Part shown: piece by piece, positions 18,028 through 27,064 of the stretch | How positions within the stretch are numbered: position 1 is the stretch's first letter | Layout of the letters: each line of letters opens with the position of its first letter | NCBI GenBank assembly: GCA_038255465.1 | Contig: JBBSLJ010000006.1 | Span: 1-53,531, forward strand | DNA: 53,531 bases | Direction of reading: 5' to 3' | DNA from: Candidatus Saccharimonadales bacterium | GTDB lineage: Bacteria > Patescibacteriota > Saccharimonadia > Saccharimonadales > JACDFO01 | Notes under the pieces: generated by a model | Told to the model about the DNA's origin: nothing | Databases searched by the model: none | Seen by the model: only the letters and a program-made list of their open reading frames with translations | Position numbers and translations under genes: made by a program

Positions 18028-18873
18028 ATGACACAATACTATTATGTTTTATTCTTTTCTCTGATTGGTGGGTTATTTTCGCTGGCAGGTGGCATGCTTT
18101 TGATTAGTAAAAAATCATCGGCTAAGTTGCTGGCAAAATACGCTACGCCTTTTGCGGCCGGTGCGCTTCTTGCTGCAGCGTTTTTTGACCTATTGCCAGA
18201 ATCTATTGAGCAATTGGCAGAAGGCGCGGCCCCTAACTGGGTATTAGCAGGCATTTTGCTGTTTTTTTTGCTTGAACATTTCCTGCGTTGGTTTCATCAC
18301 CACCATGAACATGCCAAAGAGGATACTACACAGGCGCCGCTTATTATCGTCGGTGACTCAATCCATAATCTGCTTGATGGTATTGCAATTGGTGCTGCAT
18401 TCTTAATTAGTGTGCCAACAGGTATAGTAACCGCTATCGCTGTCGCGGCTCATGAAATACCGCAGGAAATTGGTGACTTCGGATTGCTTTTAAAGTATGG
18501 ATATAGCCGTAAAAAAGTCATGTTAATCAATATTTTTAGTGCACTTATGTCAACGGCTGGAGCCTTGGTAACGTTTGGACTTGGCTCACGGATTGACTTG
18601 CCACTCGGCGAGTTGCTCGGTATCACAGCTGGTTTATTCATATATATTGCCGCCAGCGACCTTATCCCGACTATACATGAGTCAGCTAAAGGTAAGACTA
18701 ATTATTTAGCGGCTATATTATTATTAACCGGCGTATTAACAGTCGGAATAACCACTGAAGTTGCACACCAGTATTTAGAGGGTGGGCATGAAGATGAAAC
18801 GTCTGAGGTACAAAATAATACTATCATCGAAGAAGACCATCACAACGGTGAAACTGATTCTCACGATGACTAG
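18028..18873 (+). CDS. ZIP family metal transporter
   Basis: His-rich loop, GDSIHNLLDG, HEIPQEIGDF. Confidence 0.93.
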   Translation: MTQYYYVLFFSLIGGLFSLAGGMLLISKKSSAKLLAKYATPFAAGALLAAAFFDLLPESIEQLAEGAAPNWVLAGILLFFLLEHFLRWFHHHHEHAKEDTTQAPLIIVGDSIHNLLDGIAIGAAFLISVPTGIVTAIAVAAHEIPQEIGDFGLLLKYGYSRKKVMLINIFSALMSTAGALVTFGLGSRIDLPLGELLGITAGLFIYIAASDLIPTIHESAKGKTNYLAAILLLTGVLTVGITTEVAHQYLEGGHEDETSEVQNNTIIEEDHHNGETDSHDD

Positions 18874-18891
18874 CCTGTTACAATAGTGCTT

Positions 18892-19953
18892 ATGACTGCA
18901 GCAATAATAATTTTAGGTATTTTAAATGCAGTGCTACTGTTTTTTCTGCTCAAAAAACAAGCTCTACCCAAAGATGATACAAGTGCGTTGCTGATCAAGC
19001 AGGACCTGACTAATTTATCTGATGGAATCTCTCAGTTAAAAGACGGCCTTCAAAAACAACTGACCGAACGGCTTGATAAAAGTAACGAGCAAATGGTTAA
19101 GCAGTTTCAAGCTAGCGCTACTATCATTAAAGACGTTACGCAAAAGCTGACAGAACTAGATAAAACAAACCGTCAAGTAGGTGACATCGCCTCAGAACTA
19201 AAAACATTACAGAATGTTCTGCAAAACCCAAAACAGAGGGGTGGGGTGGGTGAATACTATCTGCAAACAGTACTTGAAAATGTCATGGGGCCGGGACAGT
19301 TTAAGTTGCAGTATGCATTCAGCAACGGAGACATTGTTGACGCGGCAATATTTCTTGATAAAAAAATACTGCCAGTCGATTCCAAGTTCAGCCTGGAAAA
19401 TTACAATCGTCTGCAAGAAGAGACAAGCAAAGAAAAGCGTGAAGTACTGGTAAAACTGTTCAAGACAGATTTAAAAAATCGTATTGATGAAACATCAAAA
19501 TATATCCGACCAAAAGAAAACACCATGGACTTTGCGTTTATGTTTATCCCGTCAGAAGCTATTTATTATGATTTGTTAGTTAATAAAATCGGTACAACCA
19601 ACACTTCTGCGCGTGATTTACTTGAATATGCATTCCGAGACAAAGGAGTAATTATTGTTAGCCCAACTACGTTCCTGGCGTATCTCCAGACTGTTTTACA
19701 GGGTTTGCGTAGCCTTCAAATTGAAGATCAGGCAAAAGATATCCAGTTGCGAGTCGGCGAGTTGGGTCGACACATCACTACGTATGAAACCTTCATGCAA
19801 AAACTTGGCGGTTCACTCGGCACGACAGTCAATCATTTTAATAATGCCCATAAGGAACTCAAAAAAATAGATAAAGATATCGTGAAAATTGCTGACGTAA
19901 GTCCCGGAATAGAGCCACTACTATTAGATCGACCTCAAGAGGAAGAGGCTTAA
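18892..19953 (+). CDS. rmuC: DNA recombination protein RmuC
   Basis: N-terminal TM, coiled coil, PKQRGGVGE, PVDSKF, FAFMFIPSE, VSPTT. Confidence 0.92.
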   Translation: MTAAIIILGILNAVLLFFLLKKQALPKDDTSALLIKQDLTNLSDGISQLKDGLQKQLTERLDKSNEQMVKQFQASATIIKDVTQKLTELDKTNRQVGDIASELKTLQNVLQNPKQRGGVGEYYLQTVLENVMGPGQFKLQYAFSNGDIVDAAIFLDKKILPVDSKFSLENYNRLQEETSKEKREVLVKLFKTDLKNRIDETSKYIRPKENTMDFAFMFIPSEAIYYDLLVNKIGTTNTSARDLLEYAFRDKGVIIVSPTTFLAYLQTVLQGLRSLQIEDQAKDIQLRVGELGRHITTYETFMQKLGGSLGTTVNHFNNAHKELKKIDKDIVKIADVSPGIEPLLLDRPQEEEA

Positions 19954-21309
19954 TTATTTTGTTTTAAGCATGTCGATAGTCAGAGCAGCTGTCCAGCTAA
20001 AGTTTTCTGCACCGGCCGCTGATCCGTCGAGTGGGCTAAAATATTCAGCAAACCCGGCATTCTTAACCATTTCGAGCGTAGATTCGCGCAAGGCTGCAGC
20101 GTGATCATCATAGCCGTAACGTTTTAGCCCATCAATAATGAACCAGTTCATATTTACCCACGTTGGACCCTGCCAGTAGGCATGTTCAGAAAACCAGTCT
20201 GAGTTTAGCGGCACCGATGGAATAGGATAATGCGAGGCAAACAAGTGTTCATCCTCGAGCATTTTTACCAGCTGTGCAGCCCGTTCTTTGCTAATGCAGC
20301 CTGCATACAGGGGCATTAGCGTACCGATACTCGCATCTTTTAATAACCGGTGCGTAATAAATTCCCGTGAAAAATATTGTTGCGTGTAAGGATCCCATAG
20401 CCCGGCAAAAGAACTCTCTGTTTTTTGCATGCGTTCGCAGAGCTCTTCTGAAAGTTCGATTTTTAAGTATTTTGCGATTTCTTCCAGGTGCGCGTTTGCC
20501 CGTATGAATATACTGTTAAAAGTTATATCCTCAATAGCAAATAACGAATGAGAAAGAATGCGTTTTATATCATAATTCTTTCGCCTCAGACGACGCTGGA
20601 CAGCGTAAAAAGCTAGTGCATCAAGGGTAGAAAGCCGTTGGCTTGGCGACACGTATTTTACATCGCGTCGAAACAATCCTATGACTTTATCGAGCCCAAT
20701 TTTGTGAATAACCCGCACCCAAGTAGGCAGTTGATGTTCGTGTAGTTCGTGAACCCAGGGTGGGGTGCTATCCAAGCCTGTTTCCCACGGATGAATTTGT
20801 AGTACCAACCCTTCTTGGTGTGGGTCTCGCTCGGCATAAAGCCATTCATGATATGCGAGAAGAGCAGGAAACACCGCCTTATACCATGCGCGTCGTTCGG
20901 TCTTGTTAAGTTTCTCGCCGATTCTGACTATTGCTTCAGCCAGTACAGGCGGCTGAGTAATACCGCTCGTATGAACGTCATCCGGTGCGTCAGTACTAAG
21001 CCAGCTTCGCCAGATTTCCCGTTCGCTGCGGTACTGACGAGCTGGGTTAAATATCATATTAGGGAACATACCATTTGCCCATTGGCCACGGAGCAGACTC
21101 ATAATCTCTGTTTTGGCGCGGTCAATATCATAATGACGCTGGCCAATTGCTGTAAAGCAACTATCCCAAAACCATTGGTGTGGGTATGGACCCTGAGCGG
21201 GTACGGTATACAAGCCCGTGTCGTTCATTTCAAGTACAGTTCTGGCTGCCGTAAACAGGTCAACAGGCGGATTTTCTTCCTGTGTATCATCCAGTTTTTG
21301 CTCATCCAT
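19954..21309 (-). CDS. MGH1/GH63-like glycoside hydrolase
   Basis: YPHQWFWDS, HPWETGLD, YWQGPTW, FSWTAA. Start follows TATACT. Confidence 0.85.
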   Translation of the reverse strand: MDEQKLDDTQEENPPVDLFTAARTVLEMNDTGLYTVPAQGPYPHQWFWDSCFTAIGQRHYDIDRAKTEIMSLLRGQWANGMFPNMIFNPARQYRSEREIWRSWLSTDAPDDVHTSGITQPPVLAEAIVRIGEKLNKTERRAWYKAVFPALLAYHEWLYAERDPHQEGLVLQIHPWETGLDSTPPWVHELHEHQLPTWVRVIHKIGLDKVIGLFRRDVKYVSPSQRLSTLDALAFYAVQRRLRRKNYDIKRILSHSLFAIEDITFNSIFIRANAHLEEIAKYLKIELSEELCERMQKTESSFAGLWDPYTQQYFSREFITHRLLKDASIGTLMPLYAGCISKERAAQLVKMLEDEHLFASHYPIPSVPLNSDWFSEHAYWQGPTWVNMNWFIIDGLKRYGYDDHAAALRESTLEMVKNAGFAEYFSPLDGSAAGAENFSWTAALTIDMLKTK

Positions 21310-21393
21310 ATCAAACAGTATAGCGCAATTAAATTCGCTCATGCTTGCCTTGCGCATTCTGCTTGGTATGCTAAAGGCAATAGGAGAAAGAAA

Positions 21394-22533
21394 ATGCTCG
21401 ACAAACTTACGGTGCCCGGCGGATTCGTTGACTTACATGTTCATTTCCGCGAGCCCAGCAAAAACGATTCGGAAAATTTTGCTAGCGGTTCAGAAGCTGC
21501 AGTCATCGGTGGATTCGTATTGGCTTGCGATATGCCTAATAATCCTGGTGCTGAAACATGGAGTGAAGATCGCGTGGATGAAAAGCACGAATTGATCGTT
21601 CAACAATCCTACTGTCCGATTGGTGTATATGCGGGCAGCCAGCCGGAAGCAGATAACATTAGCGAAATACCTGGAATGATTCGTAAGTGTGTTGGCACAA
21701 AACTTTACATGGCGCCTACTACAAACAACCCATATGACCGTGAGCCGGAGGAGTTTAGGGAAGTCCTTAAGGTTTTAAAAGAAACAGCACCAGAAAAACC
21801 AGTAATGCTGCATCCGGGTGTTGAAAACCTTGAAGCGATGGTAGCGATGGTGGCTGGTGAGTTCGGACTTCCCGTCCACGCATGTCACGTAAATAATACA
21901 GCTCAGGTTGAGGTCATCAATAAAGCAAAAGCAAAAGGCTGGCAAGCCAGCTGCGGAGTTTGCGTGCATCACCTGGTGATGACATCACACGATTCAGGGA
22001 CGCGCGGCTGGAAAGCTAGAATGCAGCCCCCACTTAGTCGTCAAGATGAGGCTGAGGCATTGCTGGATAGATTAGCCAAGGGTGAAATTGATGTTATAGA
22101 AACTGACCACGCTCCGCATTCTCAAGAGGCTAAAGCGCGGGTAGATCTACATAATCCAACCGGCAATGAGCATGATCACAGCAATACATGTTATGGCGTA
22201 CCGGGTATAGAATTTGCGGCGCAACTGATGTTTTATCAGGCGATGCTTGGCCGGATTTCAATAGAGCGATTACTAGACGCCATGTCAACCCGACCGGCTG
22301 AAATTATAGGCGTATCATTCTCGCCTAAGACTAAAGTGACCTGGGATCTTAGTGTACAAAAAGAGATTAGTTCAGATGATGTAGTATCCGGTGCGGGATG
22401 GACTCCTTTTCTTGGTATGCGCACGGTAGGACAAGTTATTGAAACCAGAATAAAAGGTACCCCAGTCATACAAAATAATGATGTTAATCAACGTCGCGCG
22501 GAAGTAGTAAAATCACGAGGCAGTTTAATCTAA
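21394..22533 (+). CDS. pyrC: Dihydroorotase
   Basis: DLHVHFREP, DMPNN, TDHAPH. AGGAG SD before ATG 21394. Confidence 0.85.
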   Translation: MLDKLTVPGGFVDLHVHFREPSKNDSENFASGSEAAVIGGFVLACDMPNNPGAETWSEDRVDEKHELIVQQSYCPIGVYAGSQPEADNISEIPGMIRKCVGTKLYMAPTTNNPYDREPEEFREVLKVLKETAPEKPVMLHPGVENLEAMVAMVAGEFGLPVHACHVNNTAQVEVINKAKAKGWQASCGVCVHHLVMTSHDSGTRGWKARMQPPLSRQDEAEALLDRLAKGEIDVIETDHAPHSQEAKARVDLHNPTGNEHDHSNTCYGVPGIEFAAQLMFYQAMLGRISIERLLDAMSTRPAEIIGVSFSPKTKVTWDLSVQKEISSDDVVSGAGWTPFLGMRTVGQVIETRIKGTPVIQNNDVNQRRAEVVKSRGSLI

Positions 22534-23391
22534 ATAAGCTGTTACCGGTGTTGCCGTATCCCACAATGTTTTAAAAATTGCTCGCTGTGTTTCTGCGAAC
22601 TGCTGGCTTTCAATTTCGAAGCCGCTTATTTCTATATTTTTAAGATATACCTGGGCATACACATTGCCATAAATAATTGAGTCACCTTTTATTAACACTT
22701 TCTTTGAATCTAAAACACGAATATCTTCAAGCCGGGTGCGTGAAATAGGTGATCCAGGGTAGGTGAACGTTTTAATTGACAATTTTGTTTCCGGAGTAAG
22801 ATTTATCAATACATTTTCTTTTATTTTCTTTATACGCGATTCTGCTACGAATGTTTCGTAGAACTTTTTGCCAACATAACGCCCTCTCCCCCAGTCACTA
22901 TAGACATAAACAGTTTCATTTGTCTTGAGTGTGTTCCAATACAGTTGTCTTGCGCCCGACCTGCCTTTGTAATAACGCAGTTTTGTTATCTCTGCAGTGG
23001 TGGGGTTTTTAAGACTTAAAGATTTCTCTAATACTTCTAAATCCCGCGACAATTTTTGCAAGTGTAGTAATTTTTCGTCTAGTCCGTGCTTGATTGCACT
23101 TAACGGGTAAGCACGAATTTTTTTATGATTTGCGTCAATTACTTCTTCTGCGATTCCAAACTCTAGTAAACCCTTCAAGCTTTCATAGATTGAACTTCTC
23201 GGCACACCTGTTAAGTTTGCGATTTCTTGAATTCTGAGTTCTTTATGGTCAACCAAATGCAAATAAATTAAAGCCTGGTTTTTGGTCAAACCAAACTTCG
23301 TCAGCTCCAAAACGAGATTACTAAAAGTAACTATTTCCTCCTTGACGACGAACACCGTCGACAAATTTACAGTTACCTTAGTCAAACACAT
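22525..23391 (-). CDS. TrmB-like HTH transcriptional regulator (start uncertain)
   Basis: FGLTKNQALIY...EIANLTGVPRSSIYESL...LRYYKG. Confidence 0.8.
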   Translation of the reverse strand: MCLTKVTVNLSTVFVVKEEIVTFSNLVLELTKFGLTKNQALIYLHLVDHKELRIQEIANLTGVPRSSIYESLKGLLEFGIAEEVIDANHKKIRAYPLSAIKHGLDEKLLHLQKLSRDLEVLEKSLSLKNPTTAEITKLRYYKGRSGARQLYWNTLKTNETVYVYSDWGRGRYVGKKFYETFVAESRIKKIKENVLINLTPETKLSIKTFTYPGSPISRTRLEDIRVLDSKKVLIKGDSIIYGNVYAQVYLKNIEISGFEIESQQFAETQRAIFKTLWDTATPVTAYLD

Positions 23392-23436
23392 AATCGCTCT
23401 TGCAGCAAACAAATTGAGTGAGTATGAGGAGTTGTC

Positions 23437-24501
23437 ATGGCAGAACTTGCGCCGGTTATTGAAACGATTGAAGGTGAACACCTAAAAACCTTGGCAGAAT
23501 TTGGTTTACACAGTCTTTCAAAAATGAGCTTTAATGAGCAGGTATTTAGATTTATAAGAGGCGGTGAACGAATTCAAGACGCACGTCTTAGGACCAATGT
23601 GGCAGGTTTAGAACTTGAAAACCCACTTATGGTTGGCGCAGGGTGGGACAAAAGAGGATGGGCGGTTGACGGCCTTTACGCTCTAGGTTTCTCCGCTACA
23701 GAGGTTGGATCTGTGCTTGTGCACCCCCAAAAAGGCAATCCAAAACCTCGAATATTCTACGAGTCTGGCACTGGTCTTAATAGATTGGGCTTTAATAGCA
23801 AAGGCCAGGAAGCGGTTGCTGCTTATCTTGATACGCAGAAGCGCCCTGGTGTAGTTGGCATAAGTCTTGGTAAAAACAAATTGACACCGGATGATCAGGC
23901 CCCATGGGCTCACGCGGCGGTAGCAGAAAGATTATACAAGTATGCGGATTACTTTGTAGTAAATGTAGCCTCCCCAAATACTCCCGGCCTACGCGGCTTA
24001 TTAAAAACCGAGCCGATGACTGAGATTGTTAAGGCAGTTAAGGCAGTTACAGGCACCAAGCCGCTCTTCATAAAAACAACTGTAGATTTAGCGCTTGCAG
24101 ACTTAGATCAGATTCTCCAAATTTGTATTGACCAAGGAGTGGGAATTATAGATAGTAATACCACGATTGACGAAGAGCTCAAGCGTGCTCACGGGTGGGC
24201 GGGCGAAATGGGCGGTTTAAGCGGCAGCGATCCGGCTTTTCGCAAACGAGCAACGGAGCGAATGAGGTATATCACCAAACAAACCCGTTACGCTAATGTG
24301 GCGAGAATAGGCGTGGGAGGTATCAACGATACTGAGTCTGCTCTGGAAAGAATTCAGGCAGGAGCACAAGCAATTCAAGTTGTAACAGGTATACGACAGC
24401 GCAAAGGGCGCATTGCACAGGATATCAACGCTGGTTTGACGTCCAGAATGAATCAGGACAACGTAGAAAATATTCGAGAGTATGTTGGCGTATCTGCTTA
24501 G
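23437..24501 (+). CDS. pyrD: Dihydroorotate dehydrogenase, class 2 (quinone type)
   Basis: GAGWDK, QKGNPKPRIF, NRLGFNS, NVASPNTPGLR, GGLSG. Confidence 0.92.
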   Translation: MAELAPVIETIEGEHLKTLAEFGLHSLSKMSFNEQVFRFIRGGERIQDARLRTNVAGLELENPLMVGAGWDKRGWAVDGLYALGFSATEVGSVLVHPQKGNPKPRIFYESGTGLNRLGFNSKGQEAVAAYLDTQKRPGVVGISLGKNKLTPDDQAPWAHAAVAERLYKYADYFVVNVASPNTPGLRGLLKTEPMTEIVKAVKAVTGTKPLFIKTTVDLALADLDQILQICIDQGVGIIDSNTTIDEELKRAHGWAGEMGGLSGSDPAFRKRATERMRYITKQTRYANVARIGVGGINDTESALERIQAGAQAIQVVTGIRQRKGRIAQDINAGLTSRMNQDNVENIREYVGVSA

Positions 24502-24995
24502 CGATAGTTAGTAAAACTAATCGGAAAATCGAAGTCCTGAGCACTCAGCAGTTGCATAACGGTTTGAAGATCATCTTTGCTTCCACTCGTAACTCGAACA
24601 ACGTCGCCCTGAATCTGTGTTTTAACTTTTGGCAATGTATCTCGAACAAGACTTGTAATTTTTTTAGCCTTTTCCTGGTCAAGCCCTTGCTTAAAAAGCA
24701 CTTCTTTGATGGTTTTTAGATTACTCACCGTCGGTTCTTTTGTGCTATCCAGCACTTTCTGACTTTGATTTCGGCTGGCGAGCTTTTTGCGTACTATGTC
24801 CAAAATCGCGTCTATCTGCCAATCACCACTGCCCGTTACTTTAAGACCAGTTTTTTCAGTGTCCAACCACTCCAGTTCTGCGGGCGTGTTTTTAAAATCA
24901 TAACGATTCGTCATTTCGCGCTGCGCTTGATCGAAAACGTTGTTCATCTCAGCCTTGTCGTATTCACTAGCAACATCAAAACTAAATTGCGCCAT
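24498..24995 (-). CDS. yajQ: YajQ family nucleotide-binding protein
   Basis: SFDVASE, NRYDFK, QIQGDVVRVT, FTNYR. Confidence 0.93.
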   Translation of the reverse strand: MAQFSFDVASEYDKAEMNNVFDQAQREMTNRYDFKNTPAELEWLDTEKTGLKVTGSGDWQIDAILDIVRKKLASRNQSQKVLDSTKEPTVSNLKTIKEVLFKQGLDQEKAKKITSLVRDTLPKVKTQIQGDVVRVTSGSKDDLQTVMQLLSAQDFDFPISFTNYR

Positions 24996-25524
24996 GAGTA
25001 ACTTCCTTTCTTATTGAATCTAAGGCGGCCGCACATACTTCATCTAAGTCACTATAGATCGCTAGGTTTTTTTCTGCAGCACAGGTGGCAAAATATTTTT
25101 CGCTACCTTTGTAACCCGGCTCAATACCAACAACCAAGCTGATTGCTGGATTATAATCGAGCCAGCCCATCACTCGCCCAAATTCAACGCGTGACGTCTG
25201 GGCGTATGCACGGCCTGTTTCATGGGGCTGATCCGGATCTTTTGCCGCAAACCAAAAAATGATTGCACCGTTTCGGGCTGCTTTTAGTAGCGCAGCCTTT
25301 TCCCACTCAACCTGTGCATCATAGTTAAACTTTTCGTCCAAATATTCGCGTCTTGGGTTAGCAATATGCAGGCTATGCATTAGCACGTAAGGTTCACGTA
25401 AAAAGTAGTTGCTAGCGTATTTTTGCCAGTCAGGCGCACCCTGGATCGGACCTGCGAGAAATAAGACTGGCTCAGAATCAGGAAGCTCTAAATTTTCTGG
25501 TGGATAATATATCTCAACGGCCAT
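24982..25524 (-). CDS. Nucleoside 2-deoxyribosyltransferase-like protein
   Basis: LFLAGPIQGAPDWQ, NPRR, QVEWE, SRVEFG. Confidence 0.82.
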   Translation of the reverse strand: MAVEIYYPPENLELPDSEPVLFLAGPIQGAPDWQKYASNYFLREPYVLMHSLHIANPRREYLDEKFNYDAQVEWEKAALLKAARNGAIIFWFAAKDPDQPHETGRAYAQTSRVEFGRVMGWLDYNPAISLVVGIEPGYKGSEKYFATCAAEKNLAIYSDLDEVCAAALDSIRKEVTHGAI

Positions 25525-25562
25525 ATACCAAGCGTATCACAGATGATATACTCCTTACAGAT

Positions 25563-26597
25563 ATGAGTTATGCTAATGCGCGGGTTGCTGAAGTTGCCGA
25601 AACACTCAAAATTCGGCTACAAGAGCTAGAAAACAAAGCCGATATCTTAAGGGCCGTTGAGCTAAGGGGCCTCTATGCCGAGATTACGAGGGTACCGCCA
25701 GAAGAACGCGCTAACTTTGGCAAAGAAATTAATGACTTAAAAGCCGAACTTGAGTCACTGGTTGGCGAGTCGGAATCTTCTGAATCGAAATTAAAACCAA
25801 TTGACGTAACCGCCCCTTTTGATGCCAATGTACTAGCCGATAATCGCCCGGGGCTTTTACCAAGCGAGCAGGGTAGCAAGCACCCGCTCATGACTGAACT
25901 AGAAAATATTTTGGATATATTTTACAGAATGGGCTTTCATGCGGTTGAATCGCGACAACTTGATGATGATTACCACATGTTTGAGACGCTTAATTTCCCG
26001 GCTGACCATCCCGCGCGTGACGATTACGACACCTTTATGACAGAAGAAGGTTTAATTGCTCCGGCACACACCAGCACGATGCAACACAGGGTGCTGCAGC
26101 AATACAAGCAGGACCTAGAAAAGGGTGATGACATACGCGTGGTTATCCCCGGCCGTGTATTCCGCAATGAAGACCTAGATGCGACGCATGAACATACTTT
26201 CTACCAACTGGAAGGTGTATATGTGGGCAAGGGTATCAACGTCGGTAATCTTATCGCCAGCCTTAAGGCTTTTCTTGAGGCGTATTATCAGCAGGAACTT
26301 AAAACCAAAACCCAACCCTATTACTTCCCGTTTACTGAACCATCATTTGAGTTTGCAATTTCTCGCCCGGAGTCGTTAAAAAAGGGTACCGGAAATACCG
26401 ATGACGACTGGCTCGAGCTGCTTGGGTGTGGCATGATCCACCCAAATGTACTTAAAATGGCCGATATTGATCCAAATATTTATACCGGCTTTGCATGGGG
26501 CGTCGGTATCGACCGTTTAGTGCTCATGAAATACGGAATCGAAGATATCCGCCATTTTGAATCAGGTAAATTAGACTTCCTAAGGCAATTCAAATGA
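25563..26597 (+). CDS. pheS: Phenylalanyl-tRNA synthetase alpha subunit
   Basis: HPARDDYDTF, FRNE...ATHEHTFYQLEG, YFPFTEPS, GFAWGVGIDR. Confidence 0.97.
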   Translation: MSYANARVAEVAETLKIRLQELENKADILRAVELRGLYAEITRVPPEERANFGKEINDLKAELESLVGESESSESKLKPIDVTAPFDANVLADNRPGLLPSEQGSKHPLMTELENILDIFYRMGFHAVESRQLDDDYHMFETLNFPADHPARDDYDTFMTEEGLIAPAHTSTMQHRVLQQYKQDLEKGDDIRVVIPGRVFRNEDLDATHEHTFYQLEGVYVGKGINVGNLIASLKAFLEAYYQQELKTKTQPYYFPFTEPSFEFAISRPESLKKGTGNTDDDWLELLGCGMIHPNVLKMADIDPNIYTGFAWGVGIDRLVLMKYGIEDIRHFESGKLDFLRQFK

Positions 26598-27064
26598 GTT
26601 TAGATATTGAGCAGATCGTAAGAGAATATATAAATAAATCACTCCACATGTCGTTAGCGACTGTGAATAATGATATGCCGTGGGTATGCGAAGTCCATTT
26701 TGTCTATGATCAGATGCTCAATCTGTACTTTCGCTCACTTGCCTCAAGACGACATAGTCAAGAAATAATGAATAACCCATCTGTTGCTGGTAATATCGTT
26801 CGACAGCATGCGCTTGACGAGTATCCGCATGCTATTTATTTTGAAGGTAAAGCTAAAATAGTTGACGATGAAGGCCAGTATGAAAAATTGTATGCGCTTT
26901 TTAAGACAAGGCTTAACTGTAATGAAGAGATTATTGAAGATGCAAAAAAAGTAGACGGTCATAAGTTTTATAAAGTTTCGGTTGAAAACTGGTATGCTTT
27001 TGGAAAATTTGGTGACACAACAGGACAAAAGCACCGTCTAAGTTGGAATGGTGGCAATACATGA
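26594..27064 (+). CDS. Pyridoxamine 5'-phosphate oxidase-like (FMN split barrel) protein
   Basis: MSLATV...PW...LYFRS...RRHSQ...NPSVAG. Confidence 0.8.
   Translation: MSLDIEQIVREYINKSLHMSLATVNNDMPWVCEVHFVYDQMLNLYFRSLASRRHSQEIMNNPSVAGNIVRQHALDEYPHAIYFEGKAKIVDDEGQYEKLYALFKTRLNCNEEIIEDAKKVDGHKFYKVSVENWYAFGKFGDTTGQKHRLSWNGGNT

Noticed and set aside
20815-21393. 193-aa N-terminal extension of dihydroorotase
   Set aside because: It is the antisense shadow of the GH63-like gene. The SD and homology start at 21394.
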